A DNA stretch of 62,925 nucleotides, counting the filler, from Elsinoe ampelina (Eukaryota): assembly GCA_010093995.1 (NCBI GenBank). It is 7 parts of 5 records of this genome, joined end to end, with 100 filler letters (N's around TTAATTAATTAA, not from the genome) between each part and the next. Parts side by side here need not be neighbours in the genome. Positions count along the whole stretch, not along the records: positions 25,958 to 55,835 come from ML992510.1; positions 55,936 to 57,224 come from ML992511.1; positions 57,325 to 58,585 come from ML992511.1; positions 58,686 to 60,205 come from ML992514.1; positions 60,306 to 61,822 come from ML992515.1; positions 61,923 to 62,925 come from ML992516.1; 1 more part is not named here. One strand, given 5' to 3'. The position numbers and the translations under genes are program-made. A model generated the notes under the pieces. It was not told the origin of the DNA. It worked only from the letters and a program-made list of their open reading frames with translations, and searched no databases. This document shows, in pieces, positions 50,960 through 62,758 of the stretch; within the stretch, counting starts at the first letter, position 1, and the number at the start of each line of letters is the position of its first letter.

Positions 50960-53900
50960 TGTTGTAACTAGCAAATTGGATCGAGAGACGTGTGTTTCAT
51001 TCAGAGAGTTACAATAACCGATTTATCTACTGTACGTACGCTGACTTATCAGTACTAGTTCTTTAGTACTAGAGAAGCTATACCAGCCTTCTATTACAAC
51101 ACTCCCCCTCTAGTATAGATTGCTAAAGCTAGAGAACTGTCCTGTTACATGTAAGTAAAGTAATTAGCTTATTACTTTATCTCTTTATAATTACTTATAA
51201 TTGTTAGTGTCAGCTAATCATTAGTAAGAATTCACTATTAGTTTAGCTTATGATTGCTAGCAATAATAGTAACTATTAACAATAGCTAGGCAGCTATTGT
51301 TTATGTAAATAGACTAGCTTATAAGTCTTAATTAAAGAGATATAAGTATCTAACTAGCCTCTTTATAATTTCTCTTTCCTTTATTACACTTATAGTAGTA
51401 GCTTTTTCTTTTATATAACACTTTCACCTTCTTACTATACTACATTAATAATACTTATAACATAAGCGCTATAGTATAGCAACAGCTAGGCATTAGTAGT
51501 ATTACTACTAGTGCTAGTGCTCTAAGTAGTCTACTAGGTAGCGGAGGTAGTAGTAAGAAGAGAAATCCTCTATTAAGGTTACCTAGTACTTCTAATGTTA
51601 ATTATAATACTACTATAAGACTAATTACTCGTCTTAATACTCTTAGTAAGTAGCTATAAAGCATTAATAGCATAAGCTAATATTAATAGCCTAATTAACT
51701 TAGACTTTAACTTAATAGTTAGCCGACATAATCTAGAATACTCTCCTTAGGCTTAGAATAATTAGTTATTATAACTATGCTAACTTATATCCTATCTAAA
51801 GGTCTATAGTAGTCTAGGCCTTTAGTACCTATAGTGTATACCTAGTAGTTACTAATCCTATTCTAGTTAAGAATCTAACTAAGCAAGTTAACCTTACTAG
51901 ATCTACTAACTACTCTACTACTTTAATAGCTTCTAGTGCTACTAGTAGAGTAGTCTACTATAGAACTAATCGCTACACTAAGTGTTAGGGATCTAACCCT
52001 AGCAATAATTAGAGTAAGGGCAGGGGTAGTAAGTTTAGTAAGTGTATTACTTTGCCTAGTTAGCTTAATAAGGCCTACACTTGCTATGCTTATAGCAACT
52101 AATATACTAGATGTTCCTTAGCTAACTATACTCTAACTCTAAGGCCTATTAGCTCTCCTAAACCTATAAGGACCCCGAGTAGCTTAAGGGTCATTACCTA
52201 GCCTATTCTATATAGCCTAATATACCTACTAATAGAGCTTCTAAGGTCTGTCTCTTTTAGTAGTGCTTTGCCTTAGAGGTTCTTACTAAGGGCCTATATA
52301 CTAGGGGCATTATTAGGTGTAGTTAACACCTCGATAACTTATACTAACTCTCGCTACTTTATAGTAGTCCCTATAAACTTTGTAGATTCTACTAACCTAA
52401 CTACTACTAAGGTTCGTAACTTAGCTACTATAGTAATAAACTATATAGTAGAGCTTATAAGGATTATAGCTACTAGCTACCCTAGTTAGCTTTCTCCTAT
52501 TTATGCCTTTATACTAGGCCTAGCACTAATAAGGCATAGTAGGTCTAGATCTAACACTTCTATAAGGTCTACTAGTAGTAATAAGGGAAGGGGTTCTCCT
52601 TCTATAAAGAAGTAATTAGAGGTAGGGGATAGGTAGGAGTTATTAAAGGTAATAATAGTACTAAGTAGTAGATATAGCTTAGGTATAAGTAGCTAGTAAT
52701 AGAGTTATAATAGCTTTTCCTTTCTCTCTTCTTAATGATAAAATAATTTACTTTAAGCTTTAGACAAATAAGATAGCTTAATAAGTAGTAGTAGTATAAA
52801 TAATATACTTAAAATAATAATACATATAAAATCTAAATAAGTATATAGTACAGATATATACTAAGTAATTAGCCTTTGCTAATTAATTAAGGATCTTGTT
52901 AGGAGACTTAGGCTTTATAAGTGTATTAGCTAATTACTAAGTTGTATTAATGTACTTAAGCTTAATTACTCTAAGTTTATACTACTCTCTATAGTAATAA
53001 TTCCTTAAATTAATATACTTAAATCTCCTTAAATTAGTGTAATCTCTTATAAGTTTAATAGCTAACTTGTTATTAATAAAGACTATAGTTAGGCTAAGGT
53101 AAATATTAGTAAGTAGCCTAAGTTTAATAATAAGATTTCTTAACTAATTAATCTCTCTATAGGTCTTAGTAAGGGTAAGGTATTTAGCCTTAGTGCTTAA
53201 CAATATAATAATCTTCTATAGCCTTAACTTCTAAATAACTAGTGTACTAAGTATATAAATAATAGTACTAGATATAGATCTTGTAGTTAATCTATCTCTA
53301 GTAAAGTCTAAGTTAGAGTAGGCCTTAATTGTGTTAACTAATAGTCTATTAGTCTTCTTAAAGGTAAGGCCATTTATAATAGTCCTATTAATATACCTCT
53401 AGATCTGCTTAGCTATAACTATATAAGCTATAGTTAAATTCTAAAGGAACCTAGCTAGGTAATTAGTAGCATAGCTAATATTAGGCCTTATATTGTTAGC
53501 TAGATATTATAATTCACTAATAATCCTATTAAATGTCTTATAGTACTAAGTATTAACTTAGCTATTAGTTGGTTTATAGAGTTAATTAATAGAATGCTTT
53601 ATAGTTCTTACTTAGTGAAGATTATAACCTTTAAGCTTCTCCTTTAAGTAGTGTAATTACTTAATCTTAATTAAGTCCTTAGTTCTATAAAGTTAAATAC
53701 TAAGGAAGAGGTTTAAGTTTATAATCTTCATTAGAAACTTAAGATAAAGATCTTTAACTAGCTTGTCTATATACTTCTACCTAGTAGTAATAATCCTAAA
53801 GTTATTAATATATATAAGAACTATATAATACTTATTAATAAAAAGACAAGTATTACTATAGGATTTATTAGAACTAAGTAATAGAAGTGCCTTAACTATA

Positions 53901-55835
53901 GCGTTATACTAGAGAGTAGTAGCTTACTTAAGCCTATATAAGCCCTTTATAAGAATAATAAGCTTGTCCTGTTTACTAGGAATTAGTATGCCTTCTAGGC
54001 AGGAGATATAGTTCTTAATATTAATATCTAGTCTAAGGAATGTAGTAACTACATCTGCTATTATAATAACCTAGTTATAATAAAGAGCATATACAAGGAT
54101 TACTCTCCTAGTTTTAGCTCTTAGTATTAGTATAAAGGTTCTAACAAAGTTAATACCTACTCTTTAAGTAAAGCCCCTTATAGTCTAACGAGCCTTATAT
54201 CTTTTAACTTTGCTATTAGTAAGCCTCTTAGTCTTAAAGACCTATTTGCCTATTATTAGCCTAACACCTCTTAGTGCCTAAGATTTCTTAATAATTAAAA
54301 AGGTTTTAGAGTTAGTTAGAGCCTTCTACTCTATCTCTATTATAGCTTGCTAGTAATAACCTTTAGGAGAGGACAGTATATCTCTTACTATTTGTAGGTC
54401 TAGCTTAAAATTAACAGCTGTAGATCTAATAATCTTACTATTGTTAAGTTTCTTATAATTAATCTAGCGATATATTCTAAGGGACCTTCTAATAGTTTCT
54501 TATAGTAAGAGAGATCTCTTCCTTTTACTAGTTAGAGGTTATATATTAAATAGTATAATAAGGAAGTTAACATCCTTATTCTATATATATATTAGTAGTT
54601 AATTAACATTAACTATAGGATTAAAAGTTAAATATGGTTCACTAATAACTTTAGGTAGTAGTGTTATAAGGTCTTTACCTTTATAATTAGCAATATTAAG
54701 TTGCTCCCCCTGTTTATTAATAGGTTAAGGATCTAGTTTAAGATGTTAGTGTTACTCCTTCTATTCTTTAATAGGGGTAGATAATTGTTATTTATATCTA
54801 GGGATAGAAGAGTAGTTAGATGTTAGTTATTTAACTTAAAGTTATTTAGCCTAAGTAGTTTATAGATTCTTATAACTAAAGGGTAGTTAGTTATAGCTAT
54901 AGCCTTAATTATGATTACTACTAAATATCTACTCCCCCTAAAGCTATAAAGCCTTAGGTTGTTATACCTATAGGATATATAGCTATTTAATAACTTATAT
55001 TACCTAGTCTTTATAGACTATATTCTTATTAAATGTTATATAGGGTAATATAATAATCTTTCCCTTCTAGGCTTACTAAGTATAATACTAATAGGGTATC
55101 TAGATAAGGTAATTAGTTATTAAGTTATTCTATATACTAATATACTAACTAAGTAGTGCTCTAGCTTAGAATTTGTATAATTTAGAAATATGTTAGTTAT
55201 AGACATAGGCTCTATAGCTAAAGCGTCTAATGTAAGTTAATAAAACTAGTCTATTATTATTAAGAAGATTCTTTCTTAGCTCTTATATAGGGATCTTCTT
55301 AGTTTTAGTGTAGGTAATTCTATTACTAATATAGATTATAAACTCTATAACTATATACTAGAGTTTAAGAGGTACTCTATAATTAACAAAGATATACCTT
55401 GTTCTAAGAATAACTACTTTATTAGTAGCCTTAGATTTACTATTTTAGTATTAAGTATTAGGTGTAGAGATATTCTATCTCTACTCTTTAAGATAAATAG
55501 CTATTGCTAGTTTATAGTTCCTAAATTTACTCCCTCTATTAGAGATAAAGATAAATAAAAGCTTGTTATAGGCTATTTTATTCCTTATATAGATAAGTTT
55601 AATTACTACTAGTGTATTACTCTTAAGAAAGAGAATAGTAATAAACTTATACTTGCTCTTACTACATGTTATAAGGAGAAGGTATTTATAGCCCTTACTT
55701 AACTATAGTTTAATAGGACTAATAAGGTCTAGATAGAGCTTATCTAGTAAGTATTTTAGTATATCCCTTAGTTCCCTTAATACTACTCTCTATGCCTTTA
55801 ATATAGCATATAGTTTATAGTAGCTAAGATCTAAT
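50960..55835 (-). mobile_element. Copia family C, 3' part (3' LTR, PPT, extra antisense gene, RNase H, RT, integrase end), RIP-inactivated
   Basis: LTR 50960-51101. PPT (gagggggag on minus) at 51102-51110. RT motifs RYKAR.TIRGFT at ~54165-54203 and VLIYI(NN=DD)F at ~53797-53821. Confidence 0.92.
51462..52696 (+). pseudogene. RIP-mutated one-intron gene antisense to Copia C; inferred DUF3716-like Cys-rich protein
   Basis: A 44-nt intron at 51646-51689 (GTAAGT..GCTAAT..TAG) restores the frame. 51971-52120 reads R(C)TKC..GRG.KF..CI.LP....A(C).C(C)AY.N....CSL, with four Cys codons still intact. Second copy in reverse complement at 59531-60205. Ends approximate. Confidence 0.65.
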
Positions 55836-55935
55836 NNNNNNNNNNNNNNNNNNNNNNNNNNNNNNNNNNNNNNNNNNNNTTAATTAATTAANNNNNNNNN
55901 NNNNNNNNNNNNNNNNNNNNNNNNNNNNNNNNNNN

Positions 55936-57224
55936 AAGTTATAGGCTATCTAAGTATAGAGTCTATTAATCACCTCCTAACTACTATAGTTAGTAGTAAA
56001 CTAACTTTAACTAAGCCTAACTTAGATTAACTAATTCACCTTAGGTTACTATATTAGACTTGTAAGCTATTAAATACTTAGAAGCTTATCTTAAGGAGCC
56101 CTAACACTAAGATTATTATAACTAAGCCCTTTAAAAGGATCACCTTTAACATTATTATTAATAGGTTTACTAGCTATAATAAGGCAAGGTATATAAGCCA
56201 TTTTGCCTATAGGGCTACTAACTATCACCTTGTAAGCAGTTATACTTATAGATATAAGATTAATAAAATCTGTATTAAGATAATTACTTATATTAAAAGC
56301 AATTTTAGCTTTAAGGTTAGATTTGTCAGGAGTAACAATAAAGGAGCCTTTAGCTTTAGATTTACTATCTTCCTAGATAGTAAAGGTATCTAAAGAGAGC
56401 TATCTACTCTATATACTCTAGTATAGAATAGTTATAGTAAAAGGATAGGGTCTATGCTATTAAGGAGAGTAAGGGTAGTAGCTATCTTTGCTAATCTTCT
56501 AAGGGAACTACACTCTAAACTATATAGATTAGTAGCCTATCTAATAAATAGGACTCTACTTAAGAAGCTTAACTAGAAGACTCCCTTTAAGCTAGTTTAT
56601 AGATACCCTCTATCTATATCCTATCTTAGACTACTTAGATATAAGGCTTATACCTTAGATTATTATATTATAAGTAGTAATAAGCTTACACTAAGAGCAT
56701 ATATTAGTTATCTAGTTAGATATAACTTAACTAATATATTTAGGATCTTTATACTAGCCTTAAAGAAGGTTATTAGAACTAGGGATGTTAGATTTAATAA
56801 GACTTAGTTCTACAAGCTAGAGGAGTAGCCTTAGCCTTAGCCTATTAGACTACTTAATCTACTAAGACTACTATAGGAAGTTAAGGAGAATATACCTCAA
56901 ACTAAAGGGGTAACTAAAGGCCTATCTATACTATAGAATCTAGTTTAGCATCTAGTTTAGCATCTAGTTTAGAATCTAGTTTAGTAGATCTAACTAAGAA
57001 ACTAAATAATTATAGTTTATTATTATAGTTACAGGCTTAATAGGCTCTATTACCTCTACTAGATAATCACAGTCTACTATTACAGTTATAGACCCTAGAG
57101 CTAAACCCGGCTTAGATCTAGGAGGCTATATTACTAGAATAGTTCTATAATACTCTAGCCTCTCTACCCTTAACAGCTATATAGCCTTTACCTCTATCTA
57201 AAGCTAAAACTATAAGGAGTAAGG
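55936..57224 (+). mobile_element. Copia integrase fragment of a different family (contig between linkers), with a 12-bp x4 tandem repeat at ~56935-56983
   Basis: De-RIPed PYTP.QNG..ER, AYL.NRTP...L.WKTPFE, KL.PRA.IGYLVGYDSTNIFRI. Repeat unit ag(a/c)atctagttt. Confidence 0.85.
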
Positions 57225-57324
57225 NNNNNNNNNNNNNNNNNNNNNNNNNNNNNNNNNNNNNNNNNNNNTTAATTAATTAANNNNNNNNNNNNNNNNNNNN
57301 NNNNNNNNNNNNNNNNNNNNNNNN

Positions 57325-60205
57325 ATTAGATCTTAGCTACTATAAACTATATACTATATTAAAGGCATAGAGAGTAGTATTAAGAGAACTAAGAGATATA
57401 CTAAAGTACTTACTAGATAAACTCTATCTAGACCTTATTAGTCTTATTAAACTATAGTTAAGTAAGGGCTATAGATACCTTCTCTTTATAACATATAGTA
57501 AAAGCAAGTATAAGTTTATTACTATCCTCTTCCTTAAGAGTAATACACTAGTAGTAATTAAACTTATCTATATAAGGAATAAAATAGCCTATAATAAGCT
57601 TTTATTTATCTTTATCTCTAATAGAGGAGGTAAATTTAAGAACTATAAACTAGCAATAGCTATTTATCTTAAAGAGTAGAGATAGAACATCTCTACACCT
57701 AATACTTAATACTAAAATAGTAAATCTAAGGCTACTAACAAAGTAGTTATTCTTAGAACAAGGTACATCTTTATTAATTATAGAGCACCCCTTAAACTCT
57801 AGTATATAGTTATAGAGTTTATAATCTATATTAGTAATAGAATTACCTACACTAAAACTAAGAAGATCCTTATATAAGAGCTAAGAAAGAATCTTCTTAA
57901 TAATAATAGGCTAGTCTTATTAACTTACATTAGACACTTTAGCTATAGAGCTTATATCTATAACTAACATGTTTCTAAATTATACAAATTCTAAGCTAGA
58001 GCACTACTTAGTTAGTATGTTAGTATATAGAATAACTTAATAACTAATTACCTTATTTAGATACCTTATTAGCATTATGCTTAGTAAGCCTAGAAGGGAA
58101 AGATTATTATATTACCCTATATAACATTTAATAAGAATATAATCTATAAAGACTAGATAATATAAGTTATTAAATAGCTATATATCCTATAGGTATAACA
58201 ACCTAAGGCTTTATAGCTTTAGGGGGAGTAGACATTTAGTAGTAATTATAATTAAGGCTATAGCTATAACTAACTACCCTTTAGTTATAAGAATCTATAA
58301 ACTACTTAGGCTAAACAACCTTAAGTTAAACAACTAACATCTAACTACCCTTCTATCCCTAGATATAAACAACAATTATCTACCCCTATTAAAGAATAGA
58401 AGGAGCAACACTAATATCCTAAACTAGATCCTTAACCTATTAATAAATAGAGAGAGCAACTTAATATTACTAATTATAAAAGTAAAGACCTTATAATACT
58501 ACTACCTAAAGTTATTAGTAAACTATATTTAACCTTTAATCCTATAGTTAATATTAATTAACTACTAATATATATATAGAATAAGNNNNNNNNNNNNNNN
58601 NNNNNNNNNNNNNNNNNNNNNNNNNNNNNTTAATTAATTAANNNNNNNNNNNNNNNNNNNNNNNNNNNNNNNNNNNNNNNNNNNNATTATTAGTAAATTA
58701 TAATATCTAGCTAATAATATAAGGCCTAATATTAGCTATACTACTAATTACCTAGCTAGGTTCCTTTAGAATCTAACTATAGCTTATATAGCTATAGCTA
58801 AATAGATCTAGAGGTATATTAATAAGACTATTATAAAGGGCCTTACCTTTAAGAAGACTAATAGACTATTAGCTAACATAATTAAAGCCTACTCTAACTT
58901 AGACTTTACTAGAGATAGATTAACTATAAGATCTATATCTAGTACTATTATTTATATACTTAGTATATTAGTTATTTAGAAGTTAAAGCTATAAAAGATT
59001 ATTATATTATTAAGTACTAAGGCTAAATACCTTNNNNNNNNNNNNNNNNNNNNNNNNNNNNNNNNNNNNNNNNNNNNNNNNNNNNNNNNNNNNNNNNNNN
59101 NNNNNNNNNNNNNNNNNNNNNNNNNNNNNNNNNNNNNNNNNNNNNNNNNNNNNNNNNNNNNNNNNNNNNNNNNNNNNNNNNNNNNNNNNNNNNNNNNNNN
59201 NNNNNNNNNNNNNNNNNNNNNNNNNNNNNNNNNNNNNNNNNNNNNNNNNNNNNNNNNNNNNNNNNNNNNNNNNNNNNNNNNNNNNNNNNNNNNNNNNNNN
59301 NNNNNNNNNNNNNNNNNNNNNNNNNNNNNNNNNNNNNNNNNNNNNNNNNNNNNNNNNNNNNNNNNNNNNNNNNNNNNNNNNNNNNNNNNNNNNNNNNNNN
59401 NNNNNNNNNNNNNNNNNNNNNNNNNNNNNNNNNNNNNNNNNNNNNNNNNNNNNNNNNNNNNNNNNNNNNNNNNNNNNNNNNNNNNNNNNNNNNNNNNNNN
59501 NNNNNNNNNNNNNNNNNNNNNNNNNNNNNNAAAAGCTATTATAACTTTATTACTAGCTACTTATACTTAAGCTATATCTACTACTTAGTACTATTATTAC
59601 CTTTAATAACTCTTACCTATCCCCTACCTTAAATTACTTCTTTATAGAAGAAAAACTCCTTCCCCTATTACTACTAGTAGACCTTATAGAAGTATTAGAT
59701 CTAGACCTACTATACCTTATTAGTACTAGGCCTAGTATAAAGGTATAAATAGGAGAAAGCTAACTAAGGTAGCTAGTAGCTATAATTCTTATAAGCTCTA
59801 CTATATAGTTTATTACTATAGTAGCTAAGTTATAAACCTTAGTAGCAGTTAGGTTAGTAGGATCTATAAAGTTTATAGGGACTACTATAAAGTAGTAAGA
59901 GTTAGTATAAGTTATTAAGGTGTTAACTATACCTAATAATACCTCTAGTATATAGGCCTTTAGTAAGAACCTCTAAGGTAAAGTACTACTAAAAGAGATA
60001 GACCTTAGAAGCTTTATTAGTAGGTATATTAGGCTATATAGAATAGGCTAGGTAATAACCCTTAAGCTACTTAGGGTCCTTATAGGTTTAAGAGAGCTAA
60101 TAGGCCTTAGAGTTAGAGTATAGTTAGCTAAGGAATATCTAGTATATTAGTTACTATAAGTATAGTAAGTATAGGCCTTATTAAGCTAACTAGGTAAAGT
60201 AATAT
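57325..60205 (+). mobile_element. Copia family C fragments in plus orientation (integrase, RT/RNase H, antisense gene), separated by gaps
   Basis: 57325-58585, 58686-59033 and 59531-60205 are reverse complements of ~54575-55835, ~53176-53523 and ~52045-52720. Confidence 0.88.
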
Positions 60206-60305
60206 NNNNNNNNNNNNNNNNNNNNNNNNNNNNNNNNNNNNNNNNNNNNTTAATTAATTAANNNNNNNNNNNNNNNNNNNNNNNNNNNNNNNNNNNNNNN
60301 NNNNN

Positions 60306-60398
60306 CTTAGATTGATAGAGTAATTGACTATTCTTGTTCAAAAGTGCCTTTTTACGTGCGCGACTTGTGGGGGTGCGCGACTCGTGGGTAGGTCACGT
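60306..60398 (+). mobile_element. 3' end and right TIR of Fot1/pogo-like element, family P1
   Basis: ~44-bp TIR ending ...ggtcacgt|TA; reverse complement of the TIR at 61652-61695. Confidence 0.8.
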
Positions 60399-61456
60399 TA
60401 AGGCTAAGTACCTTACAACGCGGTAGATTCCTGACCCGTGGCCGGCTAGATGGCGATTTTCAACATCGAATAAAGGCTGGACAAGTGACGCACATGGTTA
60501 CGAGTAGCTTACAACGATATTTGAGCCTGAAACACGTAACGTCGATAGCCGTCGACGCCTCCTTGTTTTAGACGGCCATAGCTCACACGTTACGGCCCGG
60601 TTCGCCTTCTTCTGCTTCGAACACAATATTGACCTTGTTGTGTTTCCTCCTTATGCATCGTATATACTCCAGCCGCTTGACGTAGCCTGTTTTTCGCCGT
60701 TAAAGACAGCTCTTACAAGGGAGATCGACAATCTAATGCGTCTCGATTCCGGCCGTATACAACGCGTAGAGTGGGCCGAATCCTACGCGCGCGTACGAGA
60801 GTGTGCTCTAACCGCAAGAAACATCAAATCTGGCTTCGAACACTCTGGCATCTATCCGATAAGCCCTATTACGGTGCTTGCGAATTTGCCACACGAATCA
60901 CGTGATCGACCGGCTACACCGACAGAAACTGGCCAATCCGGCCAAAACGTCTTGCAGTTAGGGTCGCCACAATCCGGCGCAAGTTTACGTACGGCCAACC
61001 GTAGTCTCAACGCGCGTATAGCCGTCATCGACGTTAAAACACCAGTCAAGCGATATATCTCAAAAATAACGTTACAGATAGAATCGTCGATAGCAGCCTT
61101 AGCGCTATTACAACGTGAGGTTAAATAACAACGTTAAGCTCTCGAGACACGTAAGCGTAAGAAAAGTGGTAAGCGCGTTACTATCGAAGGCCGGTTTGTC
61201 TTTAGTAAGCAAGAGACGATTAATATTCTTCGTAAGGCCGAAGAAGAGACAAAGAAGAAGAAGAGCAAAAAGCGGAAGAAAGTACCTACGCCGACACCTA
61301 CACTAGAGGAATCAGAAGAGGAAGAGCTAATGCCTATAGAGTCTAATTCTGGAGACGAATTAGCCTAGATTAACAGAGCAATTGAACAATTTACGTTATT
61401 GACACCTTTTTACGTGGCCGGATTGAGGCTGTGACCGGATTGTGGCTTCCCCACGT
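60399..61456 (+). mobile_element. Fot1/pogo (Tc1/mariner) DNA transposon, family P2: 3' half of DDE transposase pseudogene and right TIR
   Basis: SNKGWTS..RLLVLDGHSSH..FPP(Y)AS(Y)ILQPLDVACFSPLK..NIKSGF..SGIYP. RIP-type in-frame stops; natural stop ~61366-61368. TIR ending ...cttccccacgt|TA at 61456. Confidence 0.9.
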
Positions 61457-61651
61457 TACCGGAGTGTTCGAAGCCAGATTTAATATTCCTTATAGTTAGA
61501 GTATACTCTCGTGTACGTGCGTAGGATTCGGCCTACTATACGCGGTATATTTAGCCTAGATCGAGACGTATTAGATTGTCAATCTCCTTTGTAAGAGCTG
61601 TCTTTAACGGTAAAAAACAAGCTACGTCGAGTAGCGAAAGGATATACGATA
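61457..61651 (-). mobile_element. Inverted, more heavily RIPed P2 transposase fragment
   Basis: Reverse complement of 60656-60850. Confidence 0.88.
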
Positions 61652-61822
61652 ACGTGACCCACCCACGAGTCGCGCACCCCCACAATTCGCGCACGCCCCT
61701 ATATATATAACGCGTAATCTTCGTGACTATTCCTTCTTCCTACGTGACAAACATCATTCTTCGAGCTGTTTTATATGTATTCTGAAGCAGATATTGAAGC
61801 TGCTCTCCGAGGCTATCGGAAC
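61652..61822 (+). mobile_element. Left TIR and transposase start of Fot1/pogo-like family P1
   Basis: TA|acgtgacccacccacgagtcgcgcacc TIR. ATG at 61775 reads MYSEADIEAAL, typical of the pogo HTH start. Runs into a gap. Confidence 0.8.
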
Positions 61823-61922
61823 NNNNNNNNNNNNNNNNNNNNNNNNNNNNNNNNNNNNNNNNNNNNTTAATTAATTAANNNNNNNNNNNNNNNNNNNNNN
61901 NNNNNNNNNNNNNNNNNNNNNN

Positions 61923-62758
61923 TATTAATAATAGTACTTTATAAAATCTTTATAGTACCTTTAGGTGTTATAACTTGTTATAATTACCTTATTAAGGTTA
62001 TAGATAGCTATATATAGCTTATATAAAACAACAGGTTTAAATATAGCTTTAATAGTGTCTAGAAGTTCCTTTAAAGTCTTCTAAGTTATACTATAGTAAG
62101 GTCTAATAGATTTATAAATCCTTATTATAATAATACTATAAGTAATTCTATTATTCTTATACTAGGTCTTGTTCCTAACCTTATAGACTACCTTAGTGCC
62201 TTTACTAGTATCTAGAGCTAGTTCTTTAGGCTTTATAACTGCTAGTATCTAGTCGATGTTATAAATTACATATCTAAGTATATCCTTTTTAAGGAGGGCT
62301 ACCTTAAGGGTTAATCTCTAAGTATTATAGTTACTTCCTCTCTTAAGAATCTAAGTCTTAAGCATTTTTGCTAATCTAGACATAATAATAGTAATTAGCT
62401 AAAGGCCTATTAATTTAATTAATGTAATTAGCTTATTTAAGCTATTTAAGCTATTTAATTAAAGGGTTAATACGGGCTACTATAAGTGTTTATCTTAATA
62501 TAGCTAGTTTAGAATTTAGTATAGGCGGCTTAGTAATCCTTTTAATAATAACATGCTTAATTTGCTATAGCTTTAAGTACTTTTATAGAAGCGCCGGGCT
62601 TATAACCTATTATAACTAGTAAATTAGATCGAGAGATATATATTTTAATAATTTTATTTAGAGAGTTATAATAACCGATTTATCTACTATACGTGCGCTA
62701 ATTTATTAGTACTAGTTCTTTAGTACTAGAGAAGCTATACTAGCCTTCTATTATAACA
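61923..62758 (-). mobile_element. Copia family C 5' end (gag, PBS, 5' LTR 62608-62758)
   Basis: Homologous to ~28376-29197. PBS at 62591-62607. LTR heavily RIPed, with a 9-nt insertion. Confidence 0.9.

Noticed and set aside
52045..60205. Apparent multi-kb inverted repeat of Copia C
   Set aside because: The arms lie on different contigs joined by artificial linkers, so the inversion may be a scaffolding artefact.
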